From Tubulanus polymorphus (Eukaryota; Animalia; Nemertea), in assembly GCF_964204645.1 (NCBI RefSeq), contig NC_134027.1, forward strand, positions 12,618,485-12,682,484: a DNA stretch of 64,000 nt. The letters are read 5' to 3'. The translations under genes and the position numbers were made by a program. How positions within the stretch are numbered: the stretch's first letter is position 1; every line of letters begins with the position of its first letter. Below the pieces are notes generated by a model that ran no database searches, was not told where the DNA came from, and worked only from the letters and a program-made list of their open reading frames with translations. Of the stretch, positions 1-11,096 are shown in pieces.

Positions 1-264
1 TGACTATCAGGTGAACAATTTTAAGTTATGTTTGGTATTTAACCGAAAGTGTCAGCAAAACTATTAACGGTCAGATTAACCTTGTTGAATAATCTAATGA
101 AATCCACAGAACATAGATAGACCATATATTTTCATTTTCTATATAATCAGTATAGCCAGTCAGACTGTGCTGGTACATGTATAACAATGTGTCATTTCAT
201 CAACACATAATTTTAAGAAACATATTTCTACATGTTCTATTATTTGTTACTCAAGATTTGTAAA

Positions 265-696
265 TCAGTTTGAATTTTCTACTCCAGGAGCCGTGCCACT
301 AAAGGCTGCAATGAACACATTCAATGCAGTGATCAATAAAACAAATGCGGTTGCTAAATCATTCCACAAATATAATCTCCTGCGGTTTTTCATTTTGTTG
401 ATGTTGTTATCTTCTTGTTCGATATCTCCTTCGGTGTGTCTAAAAACATCTGATCTTCCTATGAGCAAAAATAACACAGCTGTTACGATTTGCAGCAGGA
501 TTGATATACATATCAGAGTTATGATCAGAGAACTGAATTTGAATTTATCATGATTGTTTAAACTATGTCGCAATTGTGTGGCATTTGCAGAAAACAGTGC
601 TAAATCAAGCAGACCACTCGTAAATGTTTTTTTAGTGGCGTACATCCCAAAATTTACTCGTGATGCATCAATGCTTCCATCAATTTCAGAACCAGC
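265..696 (-). CDS. Ninjurin family protein, coding exon 2 (ninjurin domain with two hydrophobic helices)
   Basis: Acceptor TTTTGCAG|GCT at 697/696. YATKKTFTSGLLDLALFSANATQL resembles the ninjurin motif YANKKSAAESMLDIALLMANASQL; SILLQIVTAVL and WNDLATAFVLLITALNVFIAAF match the two ninjurin TM segments. Stop at 265-267; about 187 aa in total. Confidence 0.9.
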   Translation of the reverse strand, partial: AGSEIDGSIDASRVNFGMYATKKTFTSGLLDLALFSANATQLRHSLNNHDKFKFSSLIITLICISILLQIVTAVLFLLIGRSDVFRHTEGDIEQEDNNINKMKNRRRLYLWNDLATAFVLLITALNVFIAAFSGTAPGVENSN

Positions 697-817
697 CTGC
701 AAAAGCAAATGATGCATTTAGTAATCATGTCGCGTTGAGTTCATGCATATATATTACATGCATTGTCGCCCTGATCACACACAACCTATAAATACACTAA
801 AGTTTAATGATAAGTAC

Positions 818-1118
818 CCGGGGCGGATCTAGCCTATCGTTGTACCGCCTGAGCGGTACTCACGATGGTAGAAGTGCCCTTTTATTTTTCTAGTTCGGGC
901 TAGAAATAATATAGAACGGCCAATTTGAATAATCGAAGGGTAAACTTACTCTTTATGAATGATTTTTCTTTAACATGTCACTGTCATATTTTGTGGGTGC
1001 AGAGAAGGATTTGATGCCCCAAAGGGACTCGGAGCCCTAAAAATTCAATCTTTTCAATGGCATTGGTGCCCTTCCACAGCTGAACAGTACTCAAAAACCT
1101 AGGCTAGATCCGTCCCTG
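818..1118. mobile_element. MITE with CAGGG(G/A)CGGATCTAG-type TIRs (hAT-like)
   Basis: TIRs CCGGGGCGGATCTAGCCTA / TAGGCTAGATCCGTCCCTG. Apparent 5-bp TSD AGTAC, with the right copy read as AGTA[GGCCTA]C. Confidence 0.7.
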
Positions 1119-1217
1119 AGTAGGCCTACTTTATCTCGATAATCATTATGCAAAAATGACTCTGTCAGTACGGTAGCCATATACCGTTCGTCGCCCTTAC
1201 TCTCTCGTGACAAGTAT

Positions 1218-2354
1218 AACAAGAAAATTAATTTTAATGAATTATTTGACGCCTGCGAAAAAATGTAGAATTTCTGGGATAAGCTAATGTGGAATTGCAA
1301 ATTTGAAATCGAGGTTTTTAAGAAATTTGGGGAATTATGAGATTTGGCGATTGGGTAGATGATACAGGTCTTCGACTGGCCTTATTAAAAAAAAAAAATT
1401 GTCAACTCGCGACCGACTTCGATTCACTTTTGCCTCTAAGCTGGTCTGCAACTTCATTTCCTCCATGGTTGAAGAAATAGCTCTTCTGATGTCTGCTTCA
1501 TCATGACTTCGAGCATATCGTGTAGCCAGCCGGCCCGGTCGCCGGGGCCCGGTTTGGCTGTCACTCGATATCCTAGACTTGAGTCTGGGTTGAAAGTAGA
1601 CATTGTCATTTAAATAACTTATTCATGCTATTCTGTATGAATTACCCGTGTGACTTGTATTTTATATTTTCTTATTTTAAAATTTGTACCATTATTGAAT
1701 TTGGGAATTTCAATGTAATGAGGATCAATAATAAATTGAATTGAATTGTCATCTAATACACACGCCATCAGGGGATGCGGAGCCGTATATGACAGCTATG
1801 CTATTATAAATTGCTAATCTCATGAAACCTGCATACCCCTAATATCAAACATATTTTATAAATTATTTGAATATTGAAATTATATGTTTACACGTTTTTA
1901 TATAGACCGCTTGTAGCCGCCGATGAAATTCACGCTGGCCATACACAGATCGTAGATAGCTTCGTCATCCCACCAGCATCCCCATGTCAGGGTCTGACTT
2001 TTATATCAGACTTCCAAATCGTGTATACATCCGCCATTTAACCGATTAATCCGATTTACTTATCATTTCTACATATGCCTGCCGCTCCTGATATAATCAT
2101 ACATCCTTTACTATTATAATAAGTCTTCTAATGATATTCAATGCAATATAACATTACGACGTTCAAATAGAGGTCATATCACAGGAAGCCATTCTACATC
2201 TTTGTCAGTAATATTTTGCCAAATAGCTTGTATGTGTACGCATAGACCTGCGACGTTTTGCACATCGATTTACGGTTGTCGTTTGTAAAATGACGCTGAA
2301 TGGTTAACATTGTTTAGGTTTCATAATGGTAACGTTTTATAAGGCGTCAAAAAA
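1218..2354 (-). mobile_element. Helentron-associated non-autonomous element (HINE/DINE-like), family E, copy 1 (ninjurin intron)
   Basis: Highly similar to 43883-45007 (same orientation) and 9920-10803 (inverted). Sub-TIR TTTGACGCC / GGCGTCAAA; T-run at the 5' end and CTTGTT at the 3' end; no TSD. Confidence 0.7.
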
Positions 2355-3446
2355 CAATTACGAAAACTTGCGCTGGGGAGAGTTAGAGCAAGAACTACGC
2401 TCTTGATCGAAAGGAAAAATCTTCACAACAGAAGAGAAGAATGGAGGAGCCAATTGTATTCTAGACAAGACAATGAACAATATTTATTCAAGCTATGAAA
2501 ATTCTCAACTCTAAAAAAAGAAACAGGAACATTGATTAAAATTGAAACAAATTATTTGATGCCTCGTTCGAAAATTGTATTTCGTATTCAAGATGGTATC
2601 ATTTTATTCAAAAATAGGATTTTTTTGTCAATTTCCCAGGACGCTTTGTAGATTTTGTATTGGTGACTGAATATCAAAAACATGGAATAGAAAATAATGG
2701 CATGACTTGATGGTGATTAAATAAATGTCAGTCGATTACCTTAGAGGTGACTCGAGGAACTGATAAATAAATACACAGTCTAAAATAATGACTTAAACAA
2801 ACTGATAAAACACGGTTCACGAATATTTCAAAGTTAAAGGAACGCGTGCTGATATAGATAAGAAAAGCTCTTTGTGGGTACATTTGTAGTCTAGTCGCAA
2901 TATTGTCGATAATTCGCTGACGATTTGATTCCAAGTAATACACTCCTCGTAACGATCAAAGTTGCTAATAATTCGTGCACGAATTAGAACTTATTTGTTT
3001 ACGAATATGGCCCCTCGCTAAAAGAGTCATTGTACATAACAGCCTTATATCATGGAATACAAAGAAAAATCTAGAACAAGCCAATTATCTGACGTGTATT
3101 ATAGACGTGTATATCGGCACTGAGCCCTCAATCCAATATCACTGAGCCGTTGTTTTTATGTTTCAATAATCACTTATTTGCACATATTCAAATTGACCAG
3201 AGGGCATACTGTAGACTAATGCCAATTCAAGCAACCAAAAAAAAACAGATTATAAACGAGTACGGTACGTCCAAGGATTTTCGCTAGTCAAATGGTGTAT
3301 TCATGCGGTACGGTATCAGGTAGTAAGCAAAGCCAATTGAAGATTGATTCTGCGTTGAAGATATGGAAGTCTTTCCAAAAGGTTTTTTCTACATATCGAG
3401 TCAAACATGAAGCACTAGTTTTTTGAAAACACATTTGCCAACGTAC

Positions 3447-3578
3447 CGTCGAAGTCGATTTATCTTTAAATGTATCCCTAGCTATAGAGGAAAGTGGCGC
3501 CTCTTCATCTTTAGGATCAGCAGTTTCGTTCACAACTTTCTCCGTTGAATCTCGTCTGGTCATCTCAGTCTCATCCAT
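3447..3578 (-). CDS. Ninjurin family protein, coding exon 1 (MDETEM...KSTST, 44 codons)
   Basis: ATG at 3578; donor ACG|GTACGT at 3447/3446; 132 nt, phase 0, which matches the phase-0 acceptor of exon 2. The exon linkage is inferred from phase and proximity. Confidence 0.7.
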
Positions 3579-4398
3579 GATAAGTTGTGGTTTATCTGCA
3601 CTATGTATGTGATCTGGCGTAGTGCCGAAGCAGAGGTTTAAAGCTCGCTAGCAGTTCTAATGCATAAATCTCGACCTAATATCGAACGCCATCCTAGCAA
3701 GAGCTCTATACGGTTTTTTTTATTTGGTTGGTAAATTTTATTTGATTCCTTTTTGATTGAGTGTCCCTTACAACCCCACCACATCTGCCGGGAGCGAAAC
3801 AGGGGGTTTAATTTTGAAATCGGTAATCGAAGTACAGATATATTTGTGTGATCGGCGGTCGAATTTACAGAATTTTTCGTTTAAATCGAAGTACATACGT
3901 AATTGGGAAATTCGGTTCCGGTTCATTCAAACAATCTTCCAACCAGTCTGAACCGACAAGCGGCTGATTGGGGTTAATATTTTGGCTGCCTAATTTAATA
4001 CAACGAAATTTTGGAAATAACTATATATACTACAAGGTTGAAGATCATTTTGTCCATTTTTGTTGTAGTTTTGTTCGTGTAAATAGTCCGATAGTTTATT
4101 GTAGTTTTTTCTCGGGTAGATGTTGGTGTAGAAGTCCTCTAAGTTGAGTATAATACCAATAATCTTAATTTTTCAAAGAAATTGAAACAATTTATAACAT
4201 GATATCCATACATGAATATAAATACAAATATAAAATGTGCCGATATCAAATTTAAGGAACCCAGTGAAGCAAATGCTTGTAGGTCTGGGCACCCTCTACA
4301 CACACTCATTCTTCATAAGCATGCAAACATTCACAGATTCACACACAACATACTAGTACAGTAAACATGGCTCAGATAAATAATTGTTAGAAATTCAG

Positions 4399-4507
4399 GG
4401 CTCGGTTTTATAGACTGGTATTAACTTTAGCCTGGGGGCTAACTCATTTGGAAATGAATTGAGTTAACCCCCGGGTTAAAGTTAATACCAGTCAATAAAA
4501 CTGGCCC
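4399..4507. mobile_element. 109-bp palindromic MITE (PIF/Harbinger-like)
   Basis: Almost fully self-complementary (GGCTCGGTTTTATAGACTGGTATTAACTTTA ... TAAAGTTAATACCAGTCAATAAAACTGGCCC), flanked by 3-bp CAG on both sides. Confidence 0.75.
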
Positions 4508-4509
4508 CA

Positions 4510-5640
4510 GTGTCTTAAGAGTTTATTTCTTTTAAATGACTGTTTGAGGGAATTAAGTGATTCTTTTCATTTAAGGTTGTTATTGGAGTTTTGCAACATT
4601 ATCGGAATTAGAAATGTTAACAGTTGAATTATTAGCTGTAAACCAATCTTGTAGTCAAGTCATTTTCGATGGTTTGTTTTAGATAATCAATTGAGCTTCC
4701 ACTAATCTATATTCAGTCGTGTCATCGGCGAATAAGATAGGTTTACAATTTTTAAGACATATGTGCATATCGTTAATGTATACTAAAAATAGTAATGGTC
4801 CTAATACGGAACCTTGAGGTATACCATATACATATAATTTATAAATTAGATATTCAACATGTAGGCTTTGCTTGAATCAATAATTGTGGCTAATGTAAAA
4901 CAGTTAGATTCAAATGATTTTATTATAGTTCCATGCTAGCATGGCTGGTAGCATGGCCAGTTGTAAAACCATATTGACTTTTATACAAGATAGAGTAACC
5001 AAATAGCCATAATCGCTTGTATATTACCTGTGTGCCATATTAAAATTTTTTAGAGATGGTTGGCAAGAGTGAGATGGGTCGATCGTTTTCAAAGCTCCTT
5101 TTATCGTCTCTTTTATAGATAGGTGTAACACTGGCTATTTTGGCCCAAGTGTAGAATCTGGCTAAATAGTTCCAGTACAAATGTTATATTGATATTCCTC
5201 CGCATAAACGATTATTCGCGCATAGTATGGCTGGTAGGTTACAGGGTGTTATGTTTATCTTTAAAATTAGTTGATGCACCCGTATTGATGCTAACTAAAC
5301 ACGGAAGATGATCTGACAAATCAGCCAGTAGGATGGCAGAACTCGCACCTCCGTATACGTTGTCAATGAGCCGTGTTGCGGGTAATGCGTGTCGGCCGAA
5401 CGATCGTTGGATAAAGTCTATTTGTTAAGTTTAGATAAAGAATTTTACAGTATTTACATGGGTGTCCATTTTTAACAAATATTTACAATAACGATTAATC
5501 AATTTAAAAATATTTTTAACGAATAAGGAAATTTCTTCGGTCAGCTGACTCAAACCGATTTTTCGTTCTGTCGCATTTGTTCACTCAACAGCAAACCGTT
5601 ATGACGCAATTAACCGATATCAACCGGTTTGATCTAGTGG
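4510..5640 (-). pseudogene. Degraded CR1/L2-group LINE ORF2 fragments (APE endonuclease + RT)
   Basis: Minus-strand remnants: PTRITRNT...IDNV...LADLSDHLP (EN); KIASVTPIYKRDD...RPISLLPTISK; [19 protein letters not shown]...LFADDT (RT). Large internal deletions; boundaries approximate. Confidence 0.8.
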
Positions 5641-5920
5641 CCCACTCCAAAACTTAATTTAATGACTGATATCTCGGAATTTAAAGCAACTTTTTAGCCG
5701 GCTCTTCTATAATCAATTGATAAAATAGGTCCACGTTTATCGGCGTTAATATCTGATATCAAAACACCCAAATCCGACCCCATGTTTCACAGAAACCTTC
5801 GAAGCAGGGAAGAAATCAAACTGCAATGGGAAAAATAACCCTCCGACTTTTGGTGAGTGATTTTAACTCATTTTTTTCTATTTAGTGACCGAGGAAAACA
5901 AGATAGACGAAATCCTTAAT

Positions 5921-6380
5921 AGAAGTAATTAGATGTATGTCGTTTCATACCAGAGGTCGAAAGATCGAGCTCATAAAAAATAAAAAATAAATTCTCGCAT
6001 GCTCTAATTTACTTTTTATTTTTTACTCGCTCAACCTTTCAACCTCTGACATGAAACGACATATATCTTATTACTCTAATATTTATATATGTGATATTCA
6101 TATATATATATATATATGAATATTCTATATATATTATACAATGAAATCAATTTTATTAAAAAAATTATATAATAAATGGAGAGTAAACAAGTACACGGTG
6201 AGAGCAACAAATCATTCTTAAATAGGATTAAAGTTACTACAAATGCTAAATCAGTAGATTATAAATTTAAAACGCGATCTGAGTTTACAATTCATAAGAA
6301 ATATTTAATTACTTATATTGAAACAACTACTAATAAATATGGAGATAAATCAGTAATTCATCTAGAATATGAAGGATTGA
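5921..6380 (+). repeat. Polinton left terminal inverted repeat, including a ~155-bp hairpin (5921-6077) and the start of the TIR ORF
   Basis: Reverse complement matches 22244-22644 (e.g. CTCGCATGCTC, CAACCTTTCAACCTCTGA, ATGGAGAGTAAACAAGTACAC). Confidence 0.85.
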
Positions 6381-6385
6381 AAGGG
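6176..6385 (+). pseudogene. Polinton TIR-encoded small protein (MESKQVH...), truncated by an internal deletion
   Basis: Same protein at 22254-22448 (minus) and 22657-22939 (plus; that copy retains the C-terminus ...FRTYLPDRF...FIYKG...IYFE*). Confidence 0.7.
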
Positions 6386-6389
6386 GAAC

Positions 6390-7150
6390 GGTTGGTTATA
6401 CAATTTTATTAAAGAAAGTATTTAAAATGGGAAATATTAATGTTGATAGATTTGATATAAATGATATTTTGAAATAAACATTAGCAGTTACTTTATCTAA
6501 TGTAACAATTGGTTATTTGGAAAAACAAAAAAATATTCCTCCTTTAAAAGCATAGTTCATGTTAAATAAATGGCATCTGCAATTATAACTATTATAGGAT
6601 CGGCAATTGTTAACGCATTAGAATTTACTGGTGGTGGATATTTATAGAAGGCACAGAAGATTATGAAATGCACGACATGGGAGATAATGATGTCAATATT
6701 AATAATGATGATTATTTGACTGCTGATACAAATATTGATAATGAACCAAATTCTAAAGTATCATTGAAAGATAGAATAAAATTATTATTTAAGTTAGATG
6801 GTATCACAATTCTTTCAATTCTAACAGCTGTAACTATGATATTTACAACGATAGGTTTAGCTATATCAAATTCATTAAAATCTACACCTACCCCTAATAA
6901 ACCAGTTAAACCTCGAAGCAATAATTCTATAAAAGATAAAGTTAAGGATGGTTAAGAAAAATCAGCAAAATATCTATGGGAACTATCTAAAAAATCTGCT
7001 GCAGCTCTACCTGGAGTTATAGCATCAATTATTAGCTTTGTTTCAAAGTCTGTTGGAAATCTCATTAGTTTTGCTGCTGAACATATAATATTATTTTTAA
7101 CTACAGCGGTAAGTCCAATTATTTTTGGACTAGTGAATATGATAAAATAA
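6390..7150 (+). pseudogene. Cluster of small Polinton/adintovirus genes with hydrophobic/amphipathic helices (fragments joined by deletions)
   Basis: VGYTILLKKVFKM...YLEKQKNIPP; MASAIITIIGSAIVNALEFTGGGYL (ATG 6570); SLKDRIKLLFKLDGITILSILTAV...AAALPGVIASIISFVSKSVGNLISFAAEHIILF. These resemble, from recall, the small genes upstream of the capsid gene in animal Polintons. Confidence 0.65.
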
Positions 7151-7178
7151 AGATAAGTAATTTTTTTCTCTTAAATAA

Positions 7179-8419
7179 ATGAGTGGGAGTTATATAAATC
7201 CATCTAAGAATTCTAGAATATCTAATGCAATTAAAGCAGAAAGATCTCATCATATAATTACTCATAATCCTTCTAATATTGATCCAAATGAAACTTAATA
7301 TGTTAGAATTCCGAGATTAAATCAAAATACTTTTTATCTTCCAAATACTATTTATTTATCAGCTGTTATAGAAGTAACTGGCAATAATAATAATCATGTT
7401 GTAGATAATGTTGGAAGATATTTGATTAAAAAATTAACTATAAAGATTGGACCAGATACAGTTTTTTCATTAGATGATTATAATTTATTTATGCATTATA
7501 AAGATTTATGGCTAACTAAAGAAAATAGAAATAATTTGATTTTCCAAGGCATTCAATCAGAAAATCAAAATAAATTAAGATCAGAAGCTAATAACGTAGT
7601 AGTAACTAATGACGTAGACAATTTAATAAAAAAGGTTTATGGTATTAAATATAAAATTCCATAAGACTTTGAATTGATAAATAATAATGCGCCTTTATAT
7701 AAATATGCAATACAAGAAGATATTATATTCGAAATAACATTTGCTCCTGTTAATGAAATTGTGCTATCTAGCGTTGTTAAAGATATGGGTTATAAATTAT
7801 CAAATATATGTTTAGAATATGACACAGTAACTGATGAAAATATCGCTAGCGCAATTCAAACTCAATACAATCAAGGTTATTCCTTATGATATGATTATAT
7901 AGATAAATTTAAAACTGTAACTATTAACGCAGCTGATGAAATGATTAATGAAAATATTAACTTTCCTAGAAGATCTATTAAAGGAATATTAATTTTCTTT
8001 AACACAATACATTCTAATGGTGCAATAAAGGTTGATAAGTATTATAACCCCGAAATATCAAAAGTAGAAATAGCTATTGAAGGTATAGCAAATGAAATAT
8101 TTTGTCAAGGAATGAGAATGATAGATCAATGGGTAGAAATAAAAAAAACATTTTATGACTGAAAAAATAAACTATCTGAAGATTGTGATATTAATCAAAT
8201 ATATTATTATACTGGTGATAAATTTGCATTATGATTAGATTTAGAACAACCGAAGATAACTTATTACATGGCTCTGGGAAGCGACTGCAGAACACTAAAG
8301 ATGGTATTCAATTATTCATGAGAAAGAAGAAAGGAGGTTTAAATTATAAAATGCATATGTATATTATATCTGACGCGCAATTAAACATTACAAATTCTCA
8401 ATTACATAGTGTTATGTAA
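7179..8419 (+). pseudogene. Polinton major capsid protein (double jelly-roll, hexon-like)
   Basis: ITHNPSNID, DNVGRYLIKKL, YKDLW, YKLSNICLEYDTV, PRRSIKGILIFF, YYNPEISKVEIAIEG, TEDNLLHGSGKRLQNTKDGIQL, ISDAQLNI are typical of animal Polinton MCPs. Several in-frame stops and frameshifts. Confidence 0.9.
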
Positions 8420-8457
8420 TGATAAAATCATCTTTAATAAAAATCTTTTTATAATAA

Positions 8458-9110
8458 ATGGAGAGAGGAATATAAGAAATAGAAACTTCAAGTGAAACAA
8501 TATCGGATATATATTATATAATACCTTATGAATATAGTAAGTATTTTGGAGAATTCTATAATCAATTCAAATACAGAATAAGTAAAATTGAAAGAATATT
8601 GAAACTAGAATAGAAGATACTAATAAGATTGAAATAAAATAGAGGATGTAACAGCATCTACTTCTAATTATAATATAGAACAATATAATGTTAAACCAAA
8701 AGATGTTAAACCAAAAGTTGTTAAACCAAAAGCAAAAGATAACATTAGATGTGTATTTTGTGAAGAAGATTTTAATGATAATGATTATTTATTGCATATT
8801 AAAACAGAAAGACATATTAAACAAAAGGTGAAAACATATGCTAAGATACATAAAATAAAGAAGATAAAAATTATTGTGCCTTCTGTAATGAATGTATATC
8901 AAAAGCAAATTGGGTAAAGCATTATAAATTAACAACGAAAGGTGGTAAAGATACAATCCATGCAATACATGTATATAAATCTTGGTGTGAAAAATGTAAA
9001 GATTATATAAAATATTATAAACAATTGAATCATAAAAACACAATTACACATGTAGGTATAGATAATGTATTAGAAAATCCATTAATTATAAATCCAAAAT
9101 TTAATAAAAT
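8458..9110 (+). pseudogene. Polinton multi-zinc-finger protein (C2H2/matrin-like)
   Basis: CVFCEEDFNDNDYLLHIKTERH; YCAFCNECISKANWVKH; WCEKC...H; disrupted by stops and frameshifts. Confidence 0.6.
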
Positions 9111-9223
9111 GAATATAACAGATTACCGGTGGTATAGAAAAATATTTATAGATTATTTTCGGGTGATGATATAGTTACCATATTAAAATTTTAGATAACT
9201 TTAAACCAAATATAACTTATGCA

Positions 9224-9487
9224 ATGGAATTTTTTGAACTTAAAGATGATGATTTTAGAGAATTTTCAAATAAACATCCATCTAAAAATGAAATCAAAAA
9301 TTATATTCCAAAAATATTTTCAAGAGCAGCATTTATTAATTATAAACTCAGGCATAGTGGAATTTATTCAGTAGCGATGAAAAGTAATGTAGATAAAGAA
9401 TATATCGATCTTGTCAAAAAATTGAAAATGAAAAAGAATGATTGTTCTATAGAAATATTATATAAATTAAATGGTATGATAAGATAG
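9224..9487 (+). CDS. Polinton hypothetical protein (probably the 3' part of a decayed gene)
   Basis: 87-aa ORF with the same AT-rich codon style as its neighbours; no motif recognised. Confidence 0.35.
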   Translation: MEFFELKDDDFREFSNKHPSKNEIKNYIPKIFSRAAFINYKLRHSGIYSVAMKSNVDKEYIDLVKKLKMKKNDCSIEILYKLNGMIR

Positions 9488-9919
9488 ATTGAATAGAATA
9501 AATAAAATGAATGGTTGAATTGGATGAGTTTTTTATTTACTTGATTTAGGTTATTTTATCAATTCTATACTATATTTGAATATTATTTAAATATATTATA
9601 ATATTATATTTATATTTTATTAGAAAAATATTTTAACATAGTATAAAATAATCTAAAATCATACTCATACCATTTGTAATGAAAAAAAAAAACAAATTAT
9701 GAAGTAAATATAAAACTAATCCTATTCAACTATTCATTAAATCCATTTTTATTCAATCTATTCGTCTTATCATACCATTTAAATTGTGAATTTGTAATCA
9801 AATGGAAATTTAAGCCTCAGCAATAATTTTGAACCTTTATTATTTTTTAATTGTTCTATAGATTCACTATGTAGTTCAGTAGGTATAATTTGATTTCCTT
9901 CTAAAGCCTGTTGCATAGA

Positions 9920-10803
9920 TTTTTGACGCTTTATAAAATGTTACCATTATGAACCTAAACAATGTTAACCATTCAGCGTCATTTTACAAACGACAACCGT
10001 AAATCGATGTGAAAAACATCACAGGTCTATGTGTACACATACAAGCTATTTGGTAAACATTCCACCAGCAACCCTGACATGGGGTTGCTGGTGGAATGAC
10101 GAAGCTATCTACGATCTGTGTAGGGTCGGCGTGAATTTCATCGGCGGCTACAAGCGGTCAATATAAAAATGTGTAAATATATAATTTCAATATTCAATTT
10201 CAATATTTTTTTTAGAAAATATATCCGATATTAGGGGTATGCGGGTTTCATGAGCAATTTATAATAGCATAGCTGCCATATACGGCTCCGCGTCCTCGGA
10301 TGGCATGTGTACGAGGTGACAATTCAATTCAATTCTTTATTGATCCATAAAATTCCCAAATTCAATAAAGTTACAAATTTTAAAATAAGAAAATACAACA
10401 TACAAAACACATGCGTATTTCATACAGAATAACATAAACAAGTTATTTTAAATGGCATTAAGGATATCGAGTGACAGCCAAACAGGCTAGGCCACACGAT
10501 CAGTCATCAGACGAGCTCTTTCCTCAACCATGGAGGCAATGAAGTTGCAGACCAGCTTAGAGGCAAAAGTGAATGAAGTCGGTTGCAAGGTATAAATTAT
10601 TGACAATTTTCAGTAAGAAAATTAAACCACTACTCCAGTCGAAGACCTAGGCTCGTATCACCTACCCAATAGCCAAATCTCATAATTCCCCAAATTTCTT
10701 AAAACCTCAATTTCAAATTTGCAATTCCACATTAGCTTATCCCAAAAATTCTACATTTTTTTCACAGGCGTCAAATAATTTATTAGAATACATTTCATTG
10801 TTT
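9920..10803 (+). mobile_element. HINE family E, copy 2 (internally deleted), inserted in the ATPase gene
   Basis: TTTTTGACGC...CAGGCGTCAAATAAT...TTGTTT; inverted homologue of 1218-2354; inserted in a T-run. Confidence 0.75.
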
Positions 10804-11008
10804 ATCTTTGTTATGAAATTATATTAAAAATCTTATATTCTCTCTTAAGTCGAATTATATTTTTGATTCAAAACCCAAGTTGTAATTCCAAAATGTCTAC
10901 CAGAGAACGCTAGATAACATAACTCACTTTCTCTAACATTTGAATCATGTAAATTGGCACAATCTTAAATCGTAAATTGGCACAATATTATGGATAATGT
11001 ATTTGTTC

Positions 11009-11011
<3 letters not shown>

Positions 11012-11092
<81 letters not shown>
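11012..11092. repeat. (TA)n microsatellite
   Basis: About 40 TA units. Confidence 0.95.

Positions 11093-11096
<4 letters not shown>

Noticed and set aside
293-553. Plus-strand 86-aa ORF and other antisense ORFs over ninjurin, EMC8/9, septin and LINE exons
   Set aside because: They are shadows of the real coding strand.
697-717. ORF-track start MHHLLLQ for ninjurin, and the upstream extension 23894-23971 for EMC8/9
   Set aside because: The first is intronic sequence before a clear splice acceptor; the second precedes the Met that aligns with the family start and is likely 5' UTR.
6146-6153. AAAATTGA (mimivirus early promoter-like) in both TIRs
   Set aside because: It is oriented away from the adjacent ORF and is easily expected by chance in very AT-rich DNA.
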